Source: Macrostomum hystrix (taxonomy: Eukaryota; Animalia; Platyhelminthes). Taken from it: DNA of 64,000 nucleotides. The stretch is from positions 11,098,001 to 11,162,000 of the forward strand of contig CATNEN010000038.1 of NCBI GenBank assembly GCA_950097015.1, written 5' to 3'. The notes under the pieces are model-generated. The model did no database searches, was not told where the DNA came from, and was given only the letters and a program-made list of their open reading frames with translations. Each line of letters starts with the position of its first letter. The first letter of the stretch is position 1. This document shows positions 24,056 to 36,239 of this stretch, in pieces. The position numbers were made by a program, and so were the translations under genes.

Positions 24056-24887
24056 TTTTCTGATCTCTGACCTTGTCGCATTTCTTTTTATTGTCTAGTC
24101 TCACCCATGAAGTCAAATCTCACCAGAGTCGGAACACATTCCTCTGTCTATACGACTATAATCACACTTTGGTTGTATAAGGCCACCCACCCCTGTGTCA
24201 TTGAGTAAAGATTCCTTATTTTAACTATTTCTAATCTAAGATTCAGCTATGAAAAAGCCAATGATATAAAAAACAATGCTGGTCTGACTGATCCCAGGTC
24301 TACATAGTCAGCAACAAACGACTCTGAAGTGGGACCCATTTCTTTCCAAAAATACTGGGAGATTATCCTCCCAAAGTGGCTTCTCATTCGTTTCTTCTGT
24401 CCAAGCGCTTTCATATAATCCTCGTGTCGTTGCTGCATATTTTCAATGAGCTTTTTTCTGAATAAGTTACAGCTCCGAATGCCGCCAAAAAATGCCTGGT
24501 AATTTTTCTTTCACTACTAACATTTCTGAGTGGGATATTAAAATAGTCTGTAGGCGGAGCACAACTTTCAACTCCCCCTCCTCCCCTTTTCTCGCTAGCT
24601 CATAGTTTTTTTTGTTAATCACTTAAAAAACTTGTCGAGCAAACATTAGCAGGCGAAAATCATCTCACTTCCTCACTCCATGTAGCACACAAACATGCGC
24701 CAGTGTTAGTCAGACTTCAGACCAAGCCTACTACTCACTCGCCAGTTGAAAGTTTCTTACTGAATACTTATTAAACCAATACTTCAGGATCTGAAATCAA
24801 TTGTTCGCCATCTACAATACATCCTAGAGAAATTTTGGATCCGGAATATAAAAGTTGCATCTGTAAAATCATTTTAAGCATTTGTTA

Positions 24888-25561
24888 TAATATCTGATTC
24901 AGGATCTGTAATATCTGATTCAGTGTCTGTAATATCGGATTCAGGATCTGTAATATCGGATTCCGTGTCTGTAATATCTGATTCAGGATCTGTAATATCT
25001 GATTCAGTGTCTGTAATATCGGATTCAGGATCTGTAATATCTGATTCAGAGTCTGTAATATCTGATTCAGAGTCTGTAATATCTGATTCAGTGTCTGTAA
25101 TATCTGATTCAGAGTCTGTAATATCTGATTCAGAGTCTGTAATATCTGATTCAGAGTCTGTAATATCTGATTCAGAGTCTGTAATATCTGATTCAGAGTC
25201 TGTAATAACTGATTCTGGATCTGTAATATCTGATTCAGAGTCTGTAATATCTGATTCAGAGTCTGTAATATCTGATTCAGAGTCTGTAATATCTGATTCA
25301 GAGTCTGTAATATCTGATTCAGAGTCTGTAATATCTGATTCAGGATCTGTAATATCAGATTCAGTGTCTGTAATATCTGATTCAGAGTCTGTAATATCTG
25401 ATTCAGTGTCTGTAATATCTGATTCAGAGTCTGTAATATCTGATTCAGTGTCTGTAATATCTGATTCAGAGTCTGTAATATCTGATTCAGAGTCTGTAAT
25501 ATCTGATTCAGAGTCTGTAATATCTGATTCAGAGTCTGTAATATCTGATTCAGAGTCTGTA
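24888..25561. repeat. 21-nt minisatellite (TCTGTAATATCTGATTCAGAG)
   Basis: About 32 copies; gives the SESDITD/ISDSESV pseudo-ORFs. Confidence 0.95.
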
Positions 25562-26204
25562 GGGTTAATAATCGCAAAAGTTGTGAAAAGCAGAGCACTC
25601 GTGCTGCTGAAAAGAAAACAATTTTTCATAGCTTGAGTAGCCAAGTAGTCTTAGATGAGGCCAGTAGAAATCTATTTCCAAATCGACTCAGAGAATGCCA
25701 GGCAACTCGCGATCCCTTCTTAATTATTCAGGCCCGAATCTGCGAGCCAGGTAAACAATACTCACCCAACTCACACCCAAGGCAATCCACTTGACATGTC
25801 TGTCAAAAAGCGCACAAGCGCATGCTACACAAGTGTCATAATAGAAACAGGAGCACAAGCAGATTCTGCGACTAAAAAGACGCTGGCGTATAAGAAAACA
25901 CTTTTGGGAGAACGGGAGGAGAGGGGAGAGAGTGCCCCGCCCACTCAAATTTGGACAGCCGAGTCGATACCACCACTCGACAGGCATGGGAGCAGGTTTG
26001 AGTGGCAACCGGGGACTTTTATAGTGTAATTATTATTGTGCCGACACTGATTCATGAGATTGAGTCGGCGAGGTTGCAAAGGTATTGGAAACTTAATCAG
26101 GTACTCTGCCATTGTGTGTGCGCGTGTGTGTCAGTGTGGTTAGTGGGAAAGTCACTTCACACTGCAAACTGATTGAGTGTCAGAATATTTGAACAGGAGA
26201 TTGC

Positions 26205-27240
26205 GATAATGGGAGAAGAGAATGGGTACATGGGAGAACGGGAGAATGGGAGAATGGGAGAATGGGAGAATGGGAGAATGGGAGAATGCGAGAATGGGAG
26301 AGTTGGAGAATGGGAGAAGTTTGAGAACGGGGAGTCGGAGAGTAGGATAATATGAGAATGGAAGGATAAGAGAATGGGAGGATGGGAGAATGGTATATTG
26401 TGAGAAGGGTAGAAAATGAGAATGGGAGAATAGGAGGATGGGAGAATGGGAGGATGGAAGAATGGGAGCATAGGAGAATGAGAGGATGGGAAAATGGGAG
26501 AATGTAATAACAATAGAACGGAGAATGTAGAGTATGGGGAGAACGGGAGAATGGGAGAATGGGAGAATGGGAGAATGGGAGAATGGGAGAATGGGAGAAT
26601 GCGAGAATGGGAGAGTTGGAGAATGGGAGAAGTTTGAGAACGGGGAGTCGGAGAGTAGGATAATATGAGAATGGAAGGATAAGAGAATGGGAGGATGGGA
26701 GAATGGTATATTGTGAGAAGGGTAGAAAATGAGAATGGGAGAATAGGAGGATGGGAGAATGGGAGGATGGGAGAATGGTATATTGTGAGAAGGGTAGAAA
26801 ATGAGAATGGGAGAATAGGAGGATGGGAGAATGGGAGGATGGAAGAATGGGAGCATAGGAGAATGAGAGGATGGGAAAATGGGAGAATGTAATAACAATA
26901 GAACGGAGAATGTAGAGTATGGGGAGAACGGGAGAATGGGAGAATGGGAGAATGGGAGAATGTAATAACAATAGAACGGAGAATGTAGAGTATGGGGAGA
27001 ACGGGAGAATGGGAGAATGGGACAGTGGGAGAATGAGAGGATGGGAGAATGAGAGGATGGGAGAATGAGAGGATGGGACAGTTAGAGAATGAGAGAATGA
27101 GAGAATGGGAGGATGGGACAGTTAGAGAATGGGAGAATGGGAGGATGGGACAGTTAGAGAATGAGAGAATGGGAGAGAGGGGGAGAATGGGAGAATGGGA
27201 GAACGTGAGAGTGGGAGAATGGGAGAATTTAAGAACGTGA
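26205..27240. repeat. 8-nt (GGGAGAAT)-based complex array with internal block duplications
   Basis: Direct read. Confidence 0.9.
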
Positions 27241-28413
27241 ATGAGAGTCTGCAAGTCCATCTAAAATCTATAAAAATCTAGTTATGATGGTTGCTATGCA
27301 AAGCCAGTCTTGACAATTTTTTACCACTAACAAAAACTTCTTAGATTTTGACCATTGTTTAAAACAAAATTTCCATACTGATTTTCTTCCATTTAATTGC
27401 TTGATGTCTTACAGCCCTGATGTCGGCAAGAACAAACGAATTTCTTATTTCTATAGGGTATAGGAGTGACATTCAGGTCCAGGCCAGCATAGTTCTGTAT
27501 AGGAAGACCCGTTGTCAATGCGAACAGCTGGTTCATCAGGAGTGAGTTCCGGACTCACAACTCGAGTTGATAATTGACATCATATTGGCGACAGTTTGGT
27601 GGCGCGAAGGGTGGGCGTGGCGATAACGCAGATTGAGTGTTATAGCCACAGGGAATGCGACTCATTGACCATCGCATATAATAGAGTTTAGAGGCAGGTG
27701 TGGCTGCCCCACCCTTACAAGTCCCTATTATTCTACAGTAGAGGCTAGGACCAGTCTAATATGCGTGAAAATGATTTGCTGAACAACCCCGCAGTCTAGC
27801 TGTTTGACCCCTTCGGGCTCGCTGTGTTTGACCACACAGCCTAACTTGCACGCTCTTGAAATTTTAATAACCCCCTCCTACTAATGTATGTTTGAGCACC
27901 TTCCATAGGAGATTGAGAATAGGGAATATGCCAACACACCCCACCGAGTGGTGTCAAGTTAGTGAGGATTCTGACAGCTAGAGAAAAAATCCCATACTAA
28001 TTTTATCCCAACTGCTAATTTGGGTCCAGATCTAATCTAATATATATTTTTTCCGAGTTGTGGAGGTGTGACCTGTCGACGCATCCTTAAAACCGTTTGC
28101 TCAGGTAAATAGACTATATAATATCTACAAAGGCTTCATTTTCAGGATCGCGAATAGACCCGCCCACTATTGGGTCTTATGCAATTCGACTTTGCTAATA
28201 AAAACTTTTTTTAGCTTGCCTTAAAAAAATTTTCTCTTGTAGGCCGAGATGTTAAACTGAACAAAAAACTTTGAATTTTTTTGTTAGACCAGAATATTTG
28301 ATCAAGTATTCCTGGTGTCTGACATCACATGCACACGTGAATACCTAATCAACTGCTGATACAAAAAATCCTCACTAACTTCCCAAAATTCCAGAGCATC
28401 AAAATTAAGACCG

Positions 28414-29330
28414 AAGATCCTGAAATCCCAGATCCTGAAATCCCAGATCCTGAAATCCCAGGTCCTGAAATCCCAGATCCTGAAATCCCAGATCCTGAAA
28501 TCCCAGATCCTGAAATCCCAGATCCTGAAATCCCAGATCCTGAAATCCCAGATCCTGAAATCCCAGATCCTGAAATCCCAGATCCTGAAATCCCAGATCC
28601 TGAAATCCCAGATCCTGAAATCCCAGATCCTGAAATCCCAGATCCTGAAATCCCAGATCCTGAAATCCCAGATCCTGAAATCCAGATCCTGAAATCCAGA
28701 TCCTGAAATCCCAGATCCTGAAATCCCAGATCCTGAAATCCCAGATCCTGAAATCCCAGATCCTGAAATCCCAGATCCTGAAATCCCAGATCCTGAAATC
28801 CCAGATCCTGAAATCCCAGATCCTGAAATCCCAGATCCTGAAATCCCAGATCCTGAAATCCCAGATCCTGAAATCCCAGATCCTGAAATCCCAGATCCTG
28901 AAATCTGGGAGTGTCAAAGTGTCAGATTCAGGATCCCAAAGTGTCAGATCCCAAAGTGTCAGATCCCAAAGTGTCAGATCCCGAAGTGTCAGATCCCAAA
29001 GTGTCAGATCCCGAAGTGTCAGATCCCAAAGTGTCAGATCCCAAAGTGTCAGATCCCAAAGTGTCAGATCCCAAAGTGTCAGATCCCAAAGTGTCAGATC
29101 CCAAAGTGTCAGATCCCAAAGTGTCAGATCCCAAAGTGTCAGATCCCAAAGTGTCAGATCCCAAAGTGTCAGATCCCAAAGTGTCAGATCCCAAAGTGTC
29201 AGATCCCAAAGTGTCAGATCCCAAAGTGTCAGATCCCAAAGTGTCAGATCCCAAAGTGTCAGATCCCAAATTGTCAGATCCCAAAGTGTCAGATCCCAAA
29301 GTGTCAGATCCCAAAGTGTCAGATCCCAAA
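28414..29330. repeat. Two abutting 15-nt arrays: (AGATCCTGAAATCCC)n at 28414-28905 and (AGATCCCAAAGTGTC)n at 28912-29330
   Basis: Direct read; shared CAGATCC core. Confidence 0.96.
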
Positions 29331-31789
29331 GCAAAATGAGACCCGCAACTATTGAGAACCGGAGGTTCCTGCGAGAAAACAGAACAGCTCTTGACGATGT
29401 GTGCCAATATAGCCAGCTTGTGTGTCCAAGGCACGAAGGCGGGCAGGACAATCAAAGTGGCGACAGAAGGCAAAGAGACGAGTGAGGGCAATTTTGGAAA
29501 GCTAACAATTAAACAGGTGTCTACTTTGTGTTTCCGTGTTTTGACAAAGCCTTCCGCCTAGTCCCCAGCTCATTTTAAGACAATAATTTTTCCGAAGCAG
29601 ATTTTTTCGCAAGAGGGCCTCTTCGAAGACGGAGACTTTCGAGTGTTTGTTCACTTTCCACAATCCTGCGAATTCCTGCAGTTTAGGAAGCGAAAATTCA
29701 ATAAAATGACGTCACCATTTTGAAAGCAGAGGCGACAAAAAGAAGACAAAAAATATTTGTTCCAACACGCACACAGCATTCGCATTTGAAGTGTGTTTGA
29801 CTTTGAGCAATGAATTGTCAAAAGCTGTGACGGAAGTTCTGGGATCACGGCCGGTTGCTGGGTCCCCTAGCAACTCAGGAAATCTCCGACGCCTAAACTT
29901 CTTCCGCTGCGGAGTGACAACGTTTGTCTACGAAACCAAACATTCCTTTTAGTCGACTGTCGCTGGGCGGTGGGGTGAGAAAATATGAAGATGAGATCGA
30001 ACTCAAGTTCCACGCCAAGGGGATTAGAGGCTTTTAAGTTGGCCGACGCCTGGCCAGTGAAATTCTATAAGCGGGACAAGAATCGGCTAATGGATTGATG
30101 GGAGAATCTTTTGATGCCAGATTAATCTTGCTGAGATTCCTCTAGTTAAATAGCGGGAATTCTCCAGTCTGATCGACCATTAAAAAGGAGCTGTTTTTAA
30201 AGCTTTGAGCTGTGCTCAACTTTCAGTTGTTTCACTGAGAGCGCCAAAAGTCTTAAAACCTGCTTTGAAGCGTTAGCGGATAGCCTGAGCGGAGTATCCT
30301 TTGTGCTCAGAACTGCACGACTTCATCAGGCTAAGTGGCTCGCTATGCAATGGTCAGTGTCTCCACTATTAACTCCCCGTGTCTCAACCTCTTCTTATCC
30401 TGTCTTTATCTGACACAGTCTCCTCTTGCAGTGAGTTGCTGAGATAATGAATTTGCGAGCCGTGGAGGAAGGGGTTGAGGTGATTTCGGAGATTTGCCGC
30501 CCAGGCCGCAATCAGGAGCGCCAAGGAAAGCGGAGACGCAAATGAAAGAGATTAGGAATCTTGGGGGGGTGGGTAGCGGAAGCGGTTGGAGACTGCGAAA
30601 GAGAATGAAGCGAAATTAGCGGCCCCAGTCAAATTGGCAATCGCGCGCCGCTCCACTTTTCTCTTTTAGTTTTCGCATTTCCCTGAGCTTCAATATTGAT
30701 CGAGTCTCTCTCTCTCTCTCTATCATAAACTCGCTTTGATTTCTGCTGCTGCCAGCACTGCTGTGTCTGTGTCTTCTTCAAATTGTTAATCTACTCTTCT
30801 ATGAACAGGAAAAGATGAATAGGAAGAGAAGGAGAGGGGAGGGGGGAGATTGGGCATGCAATCTCTCGGATGCCGATTGAGTGAGTCGGTTCTCCTCCGC
30901 CCCCTATTACCCCGGCTTGAGAACCTGATTACACCCCTCTCAAAGGACCTATTAGCGATGATGGAGGAGGGGACCCGCCAAGGCCCGGGCGCTGACGTCC
31001 CAGGAGTCTGTGTTGGAGGGCCGGAGGCTGCTGCTGTATTGAAAAACAATCATTGGCCGCGGAGTTCACGCGTGACCAGCAATCAAGGGGAAATCGCTGA
31101 CCGCTTACTCAAAAACATTTTTTTATTCGGCGCCGTGTCATATTCTCGTTGCTGAAGACTTGGCGGCTCTGGGGACTTATTTTCATTTCTCTGCTACATT
31201 TGAAAGTTGTTTCCATTGAAATTGCAGCCATGGGCCAGTAATATAGTTAGCTAGATTTATAATTATGATTATCCTCAAGGTCATGAAGGCGTGAAATGCT
31301 TGACTGCGTGTTTTAGACTTAAATTAAGAAATATGCCTCGAAATTTAGCAAAGTTTCAGCCTGCCCTAGTAGAAAAGGCTCCGATAGCTTAGGGATCGTT
31401 TATCCAATTATGCGGCCCACGGTGCCATCTGTCAAGAAGTTTAAAAAGTTTCAAGAATTGAGCACAATATTCTTATAGAAAAAATTGTTTCTGCGCTACC
31501 AGAAAGCAGAAACCGAATCGAGGCTGGGAAAGTGATTATGCAACATGCTGTCTTATTGTGTCTTTTTCCAAATTGAGTTGCTTTAAAAAATGCCTATAGG
31601 GGCCCGCTTCTCAAGAATGAAGGGGAGTAGCTATACATTCGCCCCCATTGTGTGTGTTTTTTTTATTTTCTGCCTCACTTTTCCCCTCGATAAAAACAAT
31701 GGGGGGCAGCAGTTAAGGAGTGAGTAAAAAAATTATTGAAAGTGAATGAGATCCAGCACTCAATGCTTGCGTCATAGCTCTCCGTAGAA

Positions 31790-33590
31790 TGGGGAGAAGA
31801 CACGGATAGGGGGGAGAAGACACGGATAGGGGGAGAAGACACGGAGAGGGGGAGAAGACAAGGAGAGGGTAAGAGGACACATATATAGGGGTAGAAGACA
31901 CAGTTATAAGGGGGAGAAGACACAATTATAAGGGGGAGAAGACACAATTATAAGGGGGAGAAGACACAGAGAAGACAGATACTGGGGTAGAAGAGACAAT
32001 TATAAGTGGGAGAAGACACAGATATAGGGGGGAGAAGAAGACACAGATATAGGGGGGAGAAGAAGACACAGATATAGGGGGGAGAAAAAGACACAGATAT
32101 AGGGGGGAGAAGAAGACACAGATATAGGGGGGAGAAGAAGACACAGATATAGGGGGGAGAAGAAGACACAGATATAGGGGGGAGAAGAAGACACAGATAT
32201 AGGGGGGAGAAGAAGACACAGATATAGGGGGGAGAAGAAGACACAGATATAGGGGGGAGAAGAAGACACAGATATAGGGGGAAGAAGAAGACACAGATAT
32301 AGGGGGGGAGAAGAAGACACAGATATAGGGGGGAGAAGAAGACACAGATATAGGGGGGAGAAGAAGACACAGATATAGGGGGGGAGAAGAAGACACAGAT
32401 ATAGGGGGGAGAAGAAGACACAGATATAGGGGGGAGAAGAAGACACAGATATAGGGGGGAGAAGAAGACACAGATATAGGGGGGAGAAGAAGACACAGAT
32501 ATAGGGGGGAGAAGAAGACACAGATATAGGGGGAGAAGAAGACACAGATATAGGGGGGAGAAGAAGACACAGATATAAGGGGAGAAGAAGACACAGATAT
32601 AGGGGGGAGAAGAAGACACAGATATAGGGGGGAGAAGAAGACACAGATATAGGGGGGAGAAGAAGACACAGATATAGGGGGAGAAGAAGACACAGATATA
32701 GGGGGGAGAAGAAGACACAGATATAGGGGGGAGAAGAAGACACAGATATAGGGGGGAGAAGAAGACACAGATATAGGGGGGAGAAGAAGACACAGATATA
32801 GGGGGGAGAAGAAGACACAGATATAGGGGGGAGAAGAAGACACAGATATAGGGGGGAGAAGAAGACACAGATATAGGGGGGGGAAGAAGACACAGATATA
32901 GGGGGGAGAAGAAGACACAGATATAGGGGGGAGAAGAAGACACAGATATAGGGGGGAGAAGAAGACACAGATATAGGGGGAGAAGAAGACACAGATATAG
33001 GGGGGAGAAGAAGACACAGATATAAGGGGAGAAGAAGACACAGATATAGGGGGGAGAAGAAGACACAGATATAGGGGGGAGAAGAAGACACAGATATAGG
33101 GGGGAGAAGAAGACACAGATATAGGGGGAGAAGAAGACACAGATATAGGGGGGAGAAGAAGACACAGATATAGGGGGGAGAAGAAGACACAGATATAGGG
33201 GGGAGAAGAAGACACAGATATAGGGGGGAGAAGAAGACACAGATATAGGGGGGAGAAGAAGACACAGATATAGGGGGAGAAGAAGACACAGATATAGGGG
33301 GGAGAAGAAGACACAGATATAGGGGGGAGAAGAAGACACAGATATAAGGGGAGAAGAAGACACAGATATAGGGGGAAGAAGAAGACACAGATATAGGGGG
33401 AAGAAGAAGACACAGATATAGGGGGAGAAAACATGGAGAGGAAGAGAAGAAACAAAGAGGGGGAGAAGACACGGAGCGGGAGAGACACGGAGAGAGTTAG
33501 AGAACACAGATATTGGGGTAGAAGACACTCAGAGAGGGGCAGAAGACAAATTGAGGGGAAGAGGACACAGATGGGGGGAGAAGACAATGG
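31790..33590. repeat. 25-nt purine-rich minisatellite (GGGGGGAGAAGAAGACACAGATATA)
   Basis: Direct read; G-run length varies from 4 to 8. Confidence 0.96.
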
Positions 33591-34451
33591 ATAAAAGTGC
33601 ATTATGAATGTTAAAGACCATGATTCGACAGCGTGATGAAGCTTTGATACTTCGTACTCATCCTCAGAAATGAATATTAGGTGCTAGAAGAAATGTTGAC
33701 TCCCAAATTCTTCTTTTTTGCCCGTCTTTTTGTTCTCGATTGCTCAAAAAATTCACCCGAAACCGTTAGGGGAGGAAGTTGCGATACATTGCGATGACGT
33801 CACTCATGGCTGATTTTGTGCAGAAATTGTATTTTCTAGAAATTTCTTTCACAAAAGCAGCCGATTCACCTGTAAAAAGGTATCCCCGCTTAGTTAACCA
33901 ACCCGATCCCCCTCGGCAGGTAGTGGCAAACTTTTATTTCAAATTTATTGTCTACTATCAGAAGAAGCATCTTCATTTGACAGGTTTTAAACTTCCTCGA
34001 CTATTGAGTTGGGAAAAGTGAGAAAAAGTATTCATTTTTTATACATTCTTCCTCAAATTTGATAAGCAGGAGAAATTGCCGAAAATGGAATCCTCACGTT
34101 TCGCAAGTGCACCAAATCTCTGATTGAAATTGAGCTGCGGTAATCTATCTATAATCTATAATACGATTGTTTTGGAAAAATATGAATATTTTTAAATCCA
34201 CGATACTTATAAGAGAATCACGATCCAGGGAAATATATTTTTGAAGCTAAATCTACGGCTGCTTAGAAAAACTGGTTCTGTCTAGGTCTGGCTTCGAATT
34301 TTAAACTAATAGTGACCTATATTTGCACTGCCCGATTTTAATTATCGAAGTCAGATCGGGGTCACGTGACCTCCCTATACCAATCTATGGGTCAGGCACT
34401 CTTCCAGTACTAGCGAAGGGGGTCAAATACCTCGTAACCTTATCTAATAGC

Positions 34452-34757
34452 TAATAATAATATTAATTGCTCACACCTGATTTAGTTGGGCCAGATGTGC
34501 AGCCGACAGCACAGCCGCAGCTAATGCGCGGCGCATCTGAAGGCTGCGTACAGTTCAGTCCATGGACAGGGGGGACGCCACACCCACCCTCGATTACCTC
34601 ATCAGATGCTGGTACCCATTTAACAGCTGGGTGAACTGAAGCAATGCAGAGTTTGGTGTTTTGCTAAAGGACACAAATTGTTCCAGTGGAGTCGGGAATC
34701 GAACCCCCGACCTTCAAGTCGTGAGTCCGACGCTCTAACCACTAGGCTACAACATCC
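34452..34757 (-). mobile_element. tRNA-derived SINE with conserved central (CORE/Meta-like) domain
   Basis: On the minus strand: A box TAGCCTAGTGG, B box GGTTCGATTCC, then GTGTCCTTTAGCAAAACAC...TTCACCCAGCTGTTAAATGGGTACC, and a short (TAT)n tail. The 3' boundary is approximate. Confidence 0.78.
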
Positions 34758-36239
34758 TTGTCAGGTGACCAAAAAAGTACACTTAAAAAAACGGTTAAGG
34801 GTTTGTGACCACCTAGTTAATAACAGATTCGTCAGTACTTCGCAGTAACTGAGCTGACAGCTCAAGCAAAGAATGAGTTCAATATTGCACAGGGCTATAA
34901 TACGAGCTCGTAATTGCGCGAAACACACGGTTGAGTATTAAAAATCTCATTAACAGTTTTGGAGAGGTAAATAAAACGGCTGCATGGGCTGTCTATGGAG
35001 CTGAGCAGCAGCAGCAGCTGTACAGTCACACACGTGGGCAGTCAGGGGTGGTGGGTGGTTAGTTACCAACTTTCAGTTTGAGTTCTCAAGCTGAGCTCAC
35101 AGTCGGATTGGATTGCAGCTAAAAAATGCCCAAACTATTGACGAGATATTTAGCTTCCGATTGCAATTTAGCAACTAAAATCCTGCGCTATACCCGCTTG
35201 AATGCAATGTCAATTAGACAATGGAACTACTTAACGGACTTGTTTCCGTCAGAAATGAGGTGGCGATTGAGAATCCGTCGGCACCACCTGCAGCTGTCTC
35301 TGCGTGTGTGTGTGTGTGTGTGTGTGTTTGTGTGTGTGCTCAAAGTATTTTTATCGGATTTAGGAAGTTAAAAAGCCACTAAGCATTCATTAGAAGCTAA
35401 CTAAATAGGTGTGTTATCAGCTGGTGAAACTTTAGCTACTGACTGACTGGGATCCTGAAATGCTAACCGGAGTTTCCAGGTGTTTTGTTATAATGCTTGC
35501 GGGATAATTTCCGGTGTGGGGACCCTCACGAAAGCCGCCATGGTGCTAAGTCGAAAATGAAAAGGAAATATTTTATTTATTTCTAATGCCACTGCAAACT
35601 GTGTAAGCACTGAACAATGATAGATAACAGATACGAATATTTATTTATTTTATTTTAAATAATATTTATATAATATATATTTTAATAATGTATAAATATA
35701 TACCTTTGTAATATTAAATGATTTTTTCATACTTGACATTTGCTATGAACAAGCGATGCGATTGGAAAATTGATTGAATACTTTTTATCGGACAATCTCG
35801 CGGTGCTGTTTTGGGAGGAAAGTACAAAGATAGACTTTGACTAGAGGTTGCGAAATCTCAGTGAGTTCAGATGCATTTAAAAGACAGGGGGATAATTTTA
35901 GGAAAAAAATTTACGAGCAAGAAAAAACAATGCCAAAGGGCAATGCATTGAAATCAATAAGCATTTCACTTTTTGTTCACGTCAAAGTATTACAGCAACA
36001 TTTTTCTGAAGTAGATAATTAGGGTTAGAATTGCTTTGAACATTGGAACAAAGAATTTCAGTGTGTTGTACATATAGACATAAGATGTGTGAGACACTTC
36101 AGGCTGAAGCATTTGGTGACCAATTCTACAAGCTCCACGCATTGTGACGGATGGCTCTAGCCAATTTCAGGAGAGGAAATTGCATAACTAATCAAAACAA
36201 ACAAACAAACAAACAAAGCAATTTATGTTCTTTCCACAA

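Noticed and set aside
24247-24500. Short minus-strand ORF (MQQRHEDYMKALGQKK...)
   Set aside because: Short, AT-rich codons, with no motif or partner exons
24874-25644. Ser-Asp-rich 'SESDITD' ORF resembling adhesin or biomineral proteins, with a hydrophobic leader
   Set aside because: A 21-nt array open in several frames on both strands, with a non-ATG start and no codon-position bias in the variants
34360-34371. Perfect CLEAR palindrome GGTCACGTGACC
   Set aside because: Isolated, far from any gene start and next to repeat-derived sequence; no support for function
34685-34757. tRNA-Val(CAC) gene
   Set aside because: Acceptor and anticodon stems pair poorly, the sequence continues into a SINE body, and a second degenerate copy exists
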